IMG/VR virus record: IMGVR_UViG_3300025881_000006
Span: 1 to 64,000 of that record
Length of the DNA stretch: 64,000 nucleotides
Direction: 5' to 3' (one strand)
DNA from: a virus
The notes beneath the pieces are model-generated. The model had not been told where the DNA came from. It saw only the letters and a list, made by a program, of their open reading frames with translations, and ran no database searches. A program made the translations under genes and the position numbers. Shown in pieces: positions 19,267-28,365 of the stretch; positions within the stretch are counted from its first letter, which is position 1; each line of letters begins with the position of its first letter.

Positions 19267-20655
19267 ATGACCCAAGAGAATAAAGCCCCTTTAAAAGAAG
19301 AAAACGTTATACCCGAAAGTATTAAAGCAACGTTCTATACGGATGGTGGCTGTCGTCCATCTAGTCGCGGTTACGGCGGTTGGGGCTACCATGGTCAGAT
19401 AGGCGATGATGCATATGACGGCTGGGGATACATTGAAGGTGAAACTACTAACAATGCAGCTGAAGTGATTGCAGCAAATAAAGCAGTTAACCTAGCCCGT
19501 GAAAAAGGTGTAGATGAACTTACCATTTACTCCGACTCCAAGTACATGCTTGAAGGAATTCAATATAACCATGTTAAGTGGAATAGAAATAATTGGAAAC
19601 GTCATGACGGTAGCGATGTGCCTAATGCTGTACATTGGAAAACCTTTATAGACGATGTCGATAGCTATAAGCAAGATGCTAATGTTAACTGGGAATGGAT
19701 TAAAGGTCACAGTGGTAACATCGGTAATGAACATGCCGATAGAAATGCAACTAAAGGTGTAATGTTATCAACCAATGGTCACGCACAGTCATTTAGTGAA
19801 GCGGTACCTATCAAGAAACATGGGAAAGTGAAAGCATCTAACTACAATAGAATGTTCTCACATAAGCACTGGTACTTCAATACCCGTACAGGTGCCCTAC
19901 TGTCTAGCCAAGGCCACACTATCTATCATTGTGGTAACCATGAGATAATTGGTAAGCCTGAGTCTGAGGCAGCACACAGTGTGTTGTTCTTAAAAGAACC
20001 GGATGAACATCTTGAGAAAGTACGTGACTTTCAAGATAACCTCATGGGTAAGGATGAACAATTACTCTTTACTGCTAAGACCGACGCTATCTTCAGTGCT
20101 AAGGTTTACCATGAATTGAGTGAGAATGGTACCATCCATATGTCTAAACGTTTCGGCCATCGTGACTTAGAGACAGTGGATAAAACTAACATCACACAAG
20201 AAGTTAATCCTCCCCGTTTAGCGTTTAACTTAATGTCTATGTTATCCACAATGGAACGTAGATTAGAGAAAGTTATTGCCAATGACTTGGATGAAGATTG
20301 GCGTCTGACCGATATCACCGATTTATTATATGACGAAGTGACTAAAGGGAAGGGTAAGCAAGAGAAAGTTGTTTACGAACTTAAACCTACACTTGACCCA
20401 GCTGTTCGTGTATTGGAACTAGAAGTAGATTATCGTAACGTTAAAGGTAAGACTGAAAAGAAAGACATTAAGTTAACCTTCGGTATAGATATCCCCACTC
20501 GCAATGCGTTAGCTGCTTTAAAGAAGGTGAAGCCTACGGTTTCAATACTAACGTGGAGTGAATCAGATTATGGGTTCAGACATGCGATTATAATTAAGGC
20601 AGATGAAGATGTAGGTATCTGGTCCTCGGGTCACGCCAACTTACGCGTTCTTTAA
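19267..20655 (+). CDS. rnhA: ribonuclease HI with C-terminal extension (phiKZ gp155-like)
   Basis: YTDGG, TNNAAE, YSDS, WIKGHSGNIGNEHAD catalytic motifs. Confidence 0.92.
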   Translation: MTQENKAPLKEENVIPESIKATFYTDGGCRPSSRGYGGWGYHGQIGDDAYDGWGYIEGETTNNAAEVIAANKAVNLAREKGVDELTIYSDSKYMLEGIQYNHVKWNRNNWKRHDGSDVPNAVHWKTFIDDVDSYKQDANVNWEWIKGHSGNIGNEHADRNATKGVMLSTNGHAQSFSEAVPIKKHGKVKASNYNRMFSHKHWYFNTRTGALLSSQGHTIYHCGNHEIIGKPESEAAHSVLFLKEPDEHLEKVRDFQDNLMGKDEQLLFTAKTDAIFSAKVYHELSENGTIHMSKRFGHRDLETVDKTNITQEVNPPRLAFNLMSMLSTMERRLEKVIANDLDEDWRLTDITDLLYDEVTKGKGKQEKVVYELKPTLDPAVRVLELEVDYRNVKGKTEKKDIKLTFGIDIPTRNALAALKKVKPTVSILTWSESDYGFRHAIIIKADEDVGIWSSGHANLRVL

Positions 20656-20664
20656 GGAGAAACT

Positions 20665-21099
20665 ATGTCATGGCATAAGAAACTTTTACAGTACTTAGTA
20701 AGTATACTAATGCCTGAACGGATGAAGAGGTTGTTTTACATCACTACGTTGTTTAACTACCTCATCATTAAATGCGGATGTAGGGTTAACTACAATAGAC
20801 TTTATATACTTTGTACTGACCTTACGCCCTCCAGCGATACGTTCTCACTCCCCGCGTTATTTTGGGATAAGGTCTGGGGCAATAGTGCACTTGCTGAACT
20901 TACTAAAGAGGATATTCTAGGTAATAACTTTACATTAGATGATGTTGATATATCTACGCCCGATTGGATACGTTATGCTCCGAACACCGATTACATGAAG
21001 AACGATACACTTATGGTTTTTAAAGTAGTCCTAATGGAATATAACGATGTTAATAATCATCAGAATAAACTCAATAAGCATAATGTAGTGGTAGGTTAA
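20665..21099 (+). CDS. hypothetical protein
   Basis: AAGGAG RBS; lies between RNase H and UvsX. Confidence 0.65.
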   Translation: MSWHKKLLQYLVSILMPERMKRLFYITTLFNYLIIKCGCRVNYNRLYILCTDLTPSSDTFSLPALFWDKVWGNSALAELTKEDILGNNFTLDDVDISTPDWIRYAPNTDYMKNDTLMVFKVVLMEYNDVNNHQNKLNKHNVVVG

Positions 21100-21117
21100 C
21101 ACCTACCACTTATGCCG
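21087..21117 (+). terminator. hairpin + TATGCCG
   Basis: agtggtaggt-taac-acctaccact directly followed by TATGCCG (21111-21117). Confidence 0.7.
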
Positions 21118-21127
21118 TCAACGGTAA

Positions 21128-21154
21128 GTAATTACGCTAACTAGCTATCATTTG
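21128..21154 (+). promoter_or_regulatory. candidate middle promoter
   Basis: GTAATTAC-17 nt-TG. Confidence 0.5.
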
Positions 21155-21191
21155 ACTAACAATAATTTAACCATTTATCAAGGATTTCCCC

Positions 21192-22610
21192 ATGAGTAAC
21201 GCAACAGACTTCTTTACTAAAGTGGCTAAAATAAGACCTGCCTTAAATATAGGCTGCTTATTTGATATCCCCACAGGTGCGTACCATACAGGTAAGCATG
21301 GAGAATCTATACTGTCTGGTGGTTTAGCTCACTTTACAGGTGTAGGTGGTAAAGGTAATACGTACAAGACCACGGTGATGCATTTCTTCAATCTCAGTGC
21401 TATGAACCGATACGGTGACCCACAAGACCTAATGGGTAACCCTAGCCCGTATTTAATATACGACTCTGAAAACTCAATGAACCCTACCCGAGTAGAACAC
21501 TTAGCAGACCAATATGACTTTCTAGCAGGATTGGGATTAGACGAACTAAATCGTGTTATCATTACAGATACGACTATGTCAGGTAATAGTTACTTTGACA
21601 TGCTTAAGAAGTACGGTAAGGACAAGATTGGTGGGAAGGGTGTTTATATTACTACCCCGTTCTTAAATGACAAGGGTGAGAACATCAAAATCATTACCCC
21701 TACCTTTGTAGGTATTGATTCTTTATCCATGATGCCTATTGATTCAGTCGATGCTATTTACGATAAGCACGGTATTGGTGAGTCTGGATTAAACGTAGAG
21801 GCTATGAAGACCGCAGCAGCTAAATCACAAATGATGATGCAGATGCCTAAGGTCACCTCAGCTAACGGTCTGTACGTAACAGCAACGGCTCATTTAGGTA
21901 ATGAGATAGTAATGGACCAATACGCTCCTTCTAAGAAGCAGTTGACGTTCTTAAAGCAGGATACGAAGTTTAAACGTGTACCTGAGAACTACTCATTCCT
22001 AACTAATATTCTTTGGTGCTGTCTATCTGCCAATGTATTACAAAACAAATCTGATAAGACACCTTTATATCCAAAAGATGGTGGCGATAGAATGATAGGT
22101 GATGTTGACTTACAACTTATCACCATTCAAGCATTGCGTTCTAAAGGTGGTGCAACTGGATTGCCATTTGAACTAGTGGCATCACAGCGAGATGGTTTAC
22201 TAGTAGGATTGTCTGAATTTCATTATATCAAAACCCGTAAGTATGGTATCAATGGTAATGATAGAAGTTATGCTCTAGACCTATATCCAGACGTTGCATT
22301 ATCCCGTACTAGTGTTCGTGGTATCATCGATGCAGATGCTAAGTTAAGACGTGCGCTAGAGATTACCTCTGAGTTATGTCAGATTAGTACCCTGTGGAAA
22401 GGCTACGATGATATCATGTGTACACCTGAGACTCTTTATAAAGACATTAAAGCCTTAGGTGGTGATTGGGATATGATACTATCTGAAACACGCGGGTATT
22501 GGCAACCAACTGAAATTGAAAAGAAGAACCCATTAAAGTTCTTATCAACTATGGACTTACTTAACTGGCGCGCTGGTAAGTATACGCCATACTGGCTTAA
22601 GAAGAAGTAA
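21192..22610 (+). CDS. uvsX: UvsX/RecA-like recombinase (phiKZ gp152-like)
   Basis: P-loop GKGNTYKTT, YDSE, Walker B VGIDSL; follows RNase H as in phiKZ. Confidence 0.85.
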   Translation: MSNATDFFTKVAKIRPALNIGCLFDIPTGAYHTGKHGESILSGGLAHFTGVGGKGNTYKTTVMHFFNLSAMNRYGDPQDLMGNPSPYLIYDSENSMNPTRVEHLADQYDFLAGLGLDELNRVIITDTTMSGNSYFDMLKKYGKDKIGGKGVYITTPFLNDKGENIKIITPTFVGIDSLSMMPIDSVDAIYDKHGIGESGLNVEAMKTAAAKSQMMMQMPKVTSANGLYVTATAHLGNEIVMDQYAPSKKQLTFLKQDTKFKRVPENYSFLTNILWCCLSANVLQNKSDKTPLYPKDGGDRMIGDVDLQLITIQALRSKGGATGLPFELVASQRDGLLVGLSEFHYIKTRKYGINGNDRSYALDLYPDVALSRTSVRGIIDADAKLRRALEITSELCQISTLWKGYDDIMCTPETLYKDIKALGGDWDMILSETRGYWQPTEIEKKNPLKFLSTMDLLNWRAGKYTPYWLKKK

Positions 22611-22611
22611 T

Positions 22612-23049
22612 ATGGGTAGAGATTACTTTAGATTTGTAATAGGTGGAGGTAGAAACTTTCTTAACTACAAATTACTTTGTGATGTATTAGACGATGCTAT
22701 CAAAAAGCTGTATCGTGAAAGACCACAGGGGTATCATACTGAGATTATTATAGTGTCAGGCGGTGCCCGTGGTACTGATACGTTGGCAAAGATGTATGCC
22801 GAAGAGCGAGGGTATGCATTTAAGTTACACAAAGCCCTTTGGGACCGACAAGGTAAAAAGGCAGGTGTACTTCGTAATTTGGAAATGGTTAAAGACGGAG
22901 ACTTTGCTTATTTCTTCTGGGACGGTAGAAGTCCGGGTACTAAGCACGCTATTGAATGTGCTAAGAAACATTTAACTGATGAATACGAACTAAATGGTGA
23001 GACTGTAAAGGTCCGACGCTATAGAGTCGTGTTGTACGACAACGAATAG
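22612..23049 (+). CDS. SLOG-superfamily protein (DUF2493/YspA-like)
   Basis: IGGGRNF, IVSGGARGTD, AGVLRN..M, FWDGRSPGTKH motifs. Confidence 0.85.
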   Translation: MGRDYFRFVIGGGRNFLNYKLLCDVLDDAIKKLYRERPQGYHTEIIIVSGGARGTDTLAKMYAEERGYAFKLHKALWDRQGKKAGVLRNLEMVKDGDFAYFFWDGRSPGTKHAIECAKKHLTDEYELNGETVKVRRYRVVLYDNE

Positions 23050-23057
23050 GAATAATC

Positions 23058-23366
23058 ATGACCACTTCATTGATTGATGCAGTACACGGTATCATTCACA
23101 AAAACAACCCTGTTATTGCAACAACCTTTATTACTATATTTCTAGCCCCACAGGGCGATGTGGATGCACAACACAAAGCCCTTAATGATTTCTGGAGACT
23201 GCACATTGGAATGCAGGATGTAGATAGCATTGAAATACGTGGATACCTAGCCGATGACATATCGGTAAATGATTGGATATTTTACTTTGAAGATAAAGTA
23301 CTACCATTCATCTTACATCACAACGTCCTTAACAATGAGATATATGAAAAGGCTGCCCCTTGGTAG
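23058..23366 (+). CDS. hypothetical protein
   Basis: AGGA RBS; tightly packed in the operon. Confidence 0.65.
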   Translation: MTTSLIDAVHGIIHKNNPVIATTFITIFLAPQGDVDAQHKALNDFWRLHIGMQDVDSIEIRGYLADDISVNDWIFYFEDKVLPFILHHNVLNNEIYEKAAPW

Positions 23367-23381
23367 TAGTGGCGGTCAGTT

Positions 23382-23405
23382 TTTGAAACCTACATTATTG
23401 TAACG
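23382..23405 (+). promoter_or_regulatory. early promoter-like motif
   Basis: CCTACATTAT (23389-23398)-tgtaa-CG. Confidence 0.6.
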
Positions 23406-23438
23406 AATATACTAATACTCTAATAAGGGGATACGAAA

Positions 23439-23912
23439 ATGGCCCACAGTACAATATGTCATTTCCTAAAGATACGTCAAGTAGCATTGAATATAATTTA
23501 CAAAACTGATTTAATAACGTCAGAAGTAAGAGAGTGGGCTCGTTACGAAGTATCCGCTAGGATATTAGAGACGATATTAGAGAACGAACATCGTCTAATA
23601 AACGGTGCAGTTGAGGTTGGCACTTCATGTGCAAGTGATGTATTGACACATTACCATAACCTTAAAACTAATCGTGGCGTACCCATGTTCTCACCTAGTG
23701 CTAACACACACACTAACATTACTGTATATCGCTTAATGGGTATATGGATAGATTTAGGTTATTGTGAAGATGTAGTTACACTAAAACAATTGGTAAAGGA
23801 TAAGTTGTTAAATCGTACTACTACTAAGCAGATGGGTGTGGTGAGTGAATTGAAATACCCATACGTGATGGTACCTTACGTAGTAGATGTATTTCTAACC
23901 CCATCGGTATGA
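23439..23912 (+). CDS. hypothetical early protein
   Basis: AAGGGG RBS; has its own early motif. Confidence 0.65.
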   Translation: MAHSTICHFLKIRQVALNIIYKTDLITSEVREWARYEVSARILETILENEHRLINGAVEVGTSCASDVLTHYHNLKTNRGVPMFSPSANTHTNITVYRLMGIWIDLGYCEDVVTLKQLVKDKLLNRTTTKQMGVVSELKYPYVMVPYVVDVFLTPSV

Positions 23913-23937
23913 AATAGTTTAAACGTAAGGAATTGAC

Positions 23938-24606
23938 ATGGCTGGTAATCGTAAAGCAGCAGAGGCATTTATACTTAAGTATATCGCTAAGATATTGCCC
24001 GGTAGTGAGAACGTAGCTTATTACAAAGAAAAGTTTGCCAATATGACCGATAAACAGTTTGACGTCATGATGGAAAGTATTGAAACAGATGACTTTGTAT
24101 TACCACTAATCGCTCCTAATCTAGATAAGAATAAACTTGATACTTCCCGCAACATTCAAATTGCTGAAGAATTAGGACATTCCTTCTTTGAAAGACTTAA
24201 GTTAACAGATGACGCTAGTGGTGTAACCTATCTAACACCTCTACCTTACATGATAGTTGACTTACCTATACGTCGTCAAGTACAAACGTTATCTAAGAAG
24301 ATGGCAGTGCCTGAGAATAATAACGTACGGGATGAGTTAACAGACCAAGCAACTGGTCCGTCTAAAGGTAGTGGTTTATCATTCCCTGAAACTCAAGTGT
24401 TAGTAGCATTGGGTATGGATGACGTTATTGAAGAATTGATTAAAGTGCGTGGAGGAGACGAAGCGGCGTTTAACAAGATGAATAACGATATCATTCAAAA
24501 TGGGGAATCTTCATTAGCAGATATTCGTCTACTTGGCTCACGGGCTAAAGCAACGGATACGTTAAGTGCTATTCTTAAGGGGATGCATTTAGATAACAAT
24601 TTATAA
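23938..24606 (+). CDS. rpoB: virion RNA polymerase, beta C-terminal subunit (phiKZ gp149-like)
   Basis: RDELTDQATG.SKGSGLSFPE...EELIKVRGGD parallels the beta C-terminal switch region. Confidence 0.85.
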   Translation: MAGNRKAAEAFILKYIAKILPGSENVAYYKEKFANMTDKQFDVMMESIETDDFVLPLIAPNLDKNKLDTSRNIQIAEELGHSFFERLKLTDDASGVTYLTPLPYMIVDLPIRRQVQTLSKKMAVPENNNVRDELTDQATGPSKGSGLSFPETQVLVALGMDDVIEELIKVRGGDEAAFNKMNNDIIQNGESSLADIRLLGSRAKATDTLSAILKGMHLDNNL

Positions 24607-24621
24607 TTAAGGTGGGGTAAG

Positions 24622-25122
24622 ATGGAATCAAAAGTACCTGATGTAGACGACAGTAGTATCGTATCAGAACAACTTGCTATGGTAGAACGTATTATAGCTC
24701 GTAGGTTAACCGACCCAGACCCTAAACGTAAAGAGTCAGCACTGTCAGTTATACGCTATATGACATACAGTGTTAGAATGTCCATGTTACCCCATGGTAA
24801 TGGGATAGGTAACTTATGGAAATGGATTCGTAAGTTTGAAGATAACACTGAGTTTGTATTAGACTTCTTTACTGAATACAGATTCAGAGGACCTAAGTCT
24901 GATGACCAATTTAAACGTTTAGTGTCACAACTTGCCACTAGCTTAACTGATATCAATAGTGGTGAAAAGGGAGCGGTGGATGCTACCATTACTGACCGTA
25001 TGGATAGTCAAAGTGCGGTTAAAGATAAACTACTGGCTAATCCTTGGATAGTACCTTTGATACTTATTACTTACAGTGATATGTTGATGGAGTTACTGAA
25101 CGTGGCGAAGGATACTAAGTAA
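24622..25122 (+). CDS. conserved hypothetical protein
   Basis: 166-aa ORF; TAATG coupling to the next gene. Confidence 0.65.
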   Translation: MESKVPDVDDSSIVSEQLAMVERIIARRLTDPDPKRKESALSVIRYMTYSVRMSMLPHGNGIGNLWKWIRKFEDNTEFVLDFFTEYRFRGPKSDDQFKRLVSQLATSLTDINSGEKGAVDATITDRMDSQSAVKDKLLANPWIVPLILITYSDMLMELLNVAKDTK

Positions 25123-25850
25123 TGGCCAATCAGAGAATATGGGTAGAGATAGATGCACTGTTAGACACGCGCATTGGTACGCTATCTGTAATGGCTGAGC
25201 AGAGTATTGAGAGTATTCTTAAGGGAGACTATTATACGAGAGAGACTGACCAGTTCAGTCTCTTATCTAATATGGTAGACGACGAAGTGTATGTTAATAC
25301 GTACACTAACCGTAATAAGGACACTCTTAAGTCTTCCTATCTGACACACATGGTATTCTTTTTAAAGGAGTTTATCAGTAGGGTCAATGAAGGGATAATC
25401 AGCGCTCCTATGGCAGATAGGGTAGTGATGGATGTTAACGTTCACCCATACTCTTTCAGTAATGAGGAGCGGGAGTTACTGGATAAAGCGTTGTGTGCGC
25501 ATGTAGGTATTATTGAGATTAATATAGTTTCAGTACACCCAATGCATCAAGTGCCCAACTACTTTAAAGGTACCTATCAGGCTGTGTTTATGTATAACTA
25601 TTTGGCGTGGTTTAACCTGCACCATAATAACTTACTTAAACATCCTATTCCTGATGTGGCTATGTACATACCTAAGCTAATGGATTACGGTGAAGCGGTA
25701 GAGATTAATCGAGAAAAGCTAAAGGCGCATAAAGAAGCTACTCACCTGTCAAAGACCATTAAGGCCTTCGACGCGGCGAGTATTGCATTGACTGGTTATG
25801 TCAACCTTCAGTTTTTAGATGTAGAAACGTTTAGTTTATTAAAACCATAA
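25122..25850 (+). CDS. conserved phiKZ-family hypothetical protein
   Basis: IDALLDTRIG (HAD-like strand-Asp start) and VNVHPY motifs. Confidence 0.65.
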   Translation: MANQRIWVEIDALLDTRIGTLSVMAEQSIESILKGDYYTRETDQFSLLSNMVDDEVYVNTYTNRNKDTLKSSYLTHMVFFLKEFISRVNEGIISAPMADRVVMDVNVHPYSFSNEERELLDKALCAHVGIIEINIVSVHPMHQVPNYFKGTYQAVFMYNYLAWFNLHHNNLLKHPIPDVAMYIPKLMDYGEAVEINREKLKAHKEATHLSKTIKAFDAASIALTGYVNLQFLDVETFSLLKP

Positions 25851-25852
25851 CG

Positions 25853-26284
25853 TTACTCGTCTTCTTCTACCATACCACCTTCTTCCATGAACTGCTCATG
25901 TGTTAACTGTGACAAACCAATGTCTAGTTCACCTTCAGCGACTTCACCTACATCAACTGTTCCTTCTGGTAAAGAAGTAAGTTCGTGTTGTACGGTAGAG
26001 TTTGTTCTTAGGAATGGGTTAGTGGATGCACCACCTTTAAGTATAGCAGCAGTCATTAATGCAACTGCATTATCTTCTGCACCTTGCTTCTTATCTTGGT
26101 CCATTCGCTTCATAGCAAGTGCTGTGGTATCTGCACCGTTAGCTAATTCTAACAAGACACGTCTGTCCCTATTACAAGTAGGAGGACCTGCTTGAGTCAT
26201 GTCATCTAACATTGCCATACGCATACGCTGGGTCTTGGCAAGTACCTCATCTTCTGAGGGATTAATAAGTAGTTGAGTAGTCAT
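25853..26284 (-). CDS. conserved hypothetical protein
   Basis: GAGG RBS; convergent with 25122..25850; acidic tail. Confidence 0.65.
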   Translation of the reverse strand: MTTQLLINPSEDEVLAKTQRMRMAMLDDMTQAGPPTCNRDRRVLLELANGADTTALAMKRMDQDKKQGAEDNAVALMTAAILKGGASTNPFLRTNSTVQHELTSLPEGTVDVGEVAEGELDIGLSQLTHEQFMEEGGMVEEDE

Positions 26285-26307
26285 ACAGATTACCTCATCC
26301 TTCGAAA

Positions 26308-26331
26308 TTACTGACCTACATTACCTACGTA
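26308..26331 (+). promoter_or_regulatory. early promoter-like motif
   Basis: ttactgaCCTACATTAC (core 26315-26324). Confidence 0.65.
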
Positions 26332-26373
26332 GTGTCGCGTGATAAATAAACCCCTTACTACAAGGAGTCGTGA

Positions 26374-26907
26374 ATGTTTAAAAGTCCAACTTGGCAAAGC
26401 ATTGCCCTATGGTTTAGAATGCACGCATTCGGACATCGTTTTAAAACACATACCAGTAAGCTGGATGCAAAGTTATTGGGTGGGATTAGTGACACCTATA
26501 CGACCAATGACTTAAAGTTTTACACGAGCAAAGTCGGTGAAAGTATTAGCGTGACAATGTGGCATGTCAACGCAGAGCGGTTTATCTCGTTCATACAGAT
26601 ACTACACGATCATATATTAAAAGAGGATAACATCCCTCAGGAGTTGTTAATAAAAGAAAGGGAAAGGGTAACATTAAGTTTGGATAATTGGCTAGTTGAT
26701 GACGAGAATTACGACATTGACATCCAAGCTTTTTGGGAAACATTACTGGCGAGTACTTATGATATTTACGAGAAAATGGAAGAGTTAGAGTTATCTGACC
26801 CGGCGAAGTATGCCTACTATACTCGTAGAATGATGGTGCTGTTTCAAGATATATCGACAATTATGGGAGGGCTCAGACGAGTCGTACTACTGGACTATGG
26901 CAAATAA
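26374..26907 (+). CDS. conserved hypothetical protein
   Basis: AAGGAG RBS. Confidence 0.7.
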   Translation: MFKSPTWQSIALWFRMHAFGHRFKTHTSKLDAKLLGGISDTYTTNDLKFYTSKVGESISVTMWHVNAERFISFIQILHDHILKEDNIPQELLIKERERVTLSLDNWLVDDENYDIDIQAFWETLLASTYDIYEKMEELELSDPAKYAYYTRRMMVLFQDISTIMGGLRRVVLLDYGK

Positions 26908-27313
26908 TAACGAAGAAGATAAAATAAGTGTCAATACCATACTGACAGATTCGTTTCGAAGTATTGTAAAAGCACGAGGACCTCTGTCTAGATTGTATCG
27001 TATAATCTTAGCAGACCTAAAAATTGGCCCCATGGTTTGGGATAGATTAATGGAGCGTTACTTAGACGACCCTAATAATCATATTCCTAAAAGTGGGAAA
27101 CAACGTTCTACCGAACGAGGTAATCTTTCAAAACAATTAACCTCTGACCCAATGAGTATCAAAGGGTTTCTAAAGGGGATGAAGTTCCTAGGCGCTACCC
27201 GTCTTAAATTTACCGTAGAAATAACACGACGTAAAGAAACTAGTATTCATAGCGTTGAGTTAGAAATGGCCTCATCTGATGTACAAGAAACAATAGATGA
27301 AGCTGACGATTGA
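26897..27313 (+). CDS. conserved hypothetical protein
   Basis: Overlaps the upstream gene; LSRLYR.IL...RGNL.KQL...F.KGMKFL; followed by a hairpin and T-tract. Confidence 0.7.
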   Translation: MANNNEEDKISVNTILTDSFRSIVKARGPLSRLYRIILADLKIGPMVWDRLMERYLDDPNNHIPKSGKQRSTERGNLSKQLTSDPMSIKGFLKGMKFLGATRLKFTVEITRRKETSIHSVELEMASSDVQETIDEADD

Positions 27314-27378
27314 CATAGATGATATGTAGGGCCGTGTGGTCCTACGTATTCTTTTTTTGCCTTAATGAGGATGAATAG

Positions 27379-28329
27379 ATGTCCAGCTTATTTAACTCTG
27401 CACAGAAACAACTACCTAAGATAGTGGATTTATTCTCCCCTCCAGAAAAGGATAGTACGTTACCTGCATTAGCAGCTTCTAGTAGTATATTAAGAAGTGC
27501 TCCTAATCCACCTAGCAGTACCTTAGATAAGATAAGTAAATCTACTAAGGCGATACCTGATACCAAAGTTACCAGCTCTTCATTATCAGATGCTACAGGT
27601 AAAGCTATATCGGTTGCAGGTATTAAACCAGAAGCCTTAACCAATATTAAAAGTATCCTAGAACAATCTAGTAGTATTGGCGTTGAGAAGGTTACGCTAC
27701 CTGATGGTACTATAATACAAAAAGCTAAAGATACACAGCTAGGTGAAGCTGCACAATTACAATCTGTTATGACTGCATTACATGGTCAGTGTGAAGTCTT
27801 ACATATACGTGATGTAAACTCAGCAGGTGCATTAAACGATAGTATTATCGACAGTGCAATGGGCTTAGGACTTTCTGGCCTATTGGACTGCTTAGCAGGT
27901 GTTGCAGATTTAAACTTTAACCCTAATAGGGCAATCGCTGCTTTAGGCAGTGTAATTGATAAGGGTGATAGTAGTACAGTTAAGTCTTTAGGAGGTATGG
28001 TAGGTGCCGGTAATATTACTGCTAAGTATCCGGATATATCCAAGCGACTTTTAAAAGGTTATAGTAGTCCTAAGGGTTTATCTAATAATGAAAAGGTTGC
28101 TGCTGCTGGAGAGTTGATTAGTAACCTAAACGTTATTGACCCTACGTGGAGAGGTACTGGTACACAGACTAGTCTCAAGTCGTACGAGAATATTAGTCCT
28201 GATGCTAAAGACGTATTGGCCACTCATCCAGATACTGCATTAGATATGCAATTGATTGATGTTTATCGTAAAGATAATGTTAGTAACTTAACTAGTAGTT
28301 TCTATCCTTTATCTAGAGCAAACGCATAA
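27379..28329 (+). CDS. hypothetical, probably virion protein
   Basis: GAGG RBS; Ser-rich N-terminus; convergent with the gp182-like gene. Confidence 0.6.
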   Translation: MSSLFNSAQKQLPKIVDLFSPPEKDSTLPALAASSSILRSAPNPPSSTLDKISKSTKAIPDTKVTSSSLSDATGKAISVAGIKPEALTNIKSILEQSSSIGVEKVTLPDGTIIQKAKDTQLGEAAQLQSVMTALHGQCEVLHIRDVNSAGALNDSIIDSAMGLGLSGLLDCLAGVADLNFNPNRAIAALGSVIDKGDSSTVKSLGGMVGAGNITAKYPDISKRLLKGYSSPKGLSNNEKVAAAGELISNLNVIDPTWRGTGTQTSLKSYENISPDAKDVLATHPDTALDMQLIDVYRKDNVSNLTSSFYPLSRANA

Positions 28330-28364
28330 ATAGAGACTGGGTAATCCCCAGTCTCTTATGCCGT
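28324..28364. terminator. bidirectional hairpin + TATGCCG
   Basis: agagactggg-taatc-cccagtctct, TATGCCG at 28357-28363; 26 bp identical to 16057-16082. Confidence 0.75.
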
Positions 28365-28365
28365 A

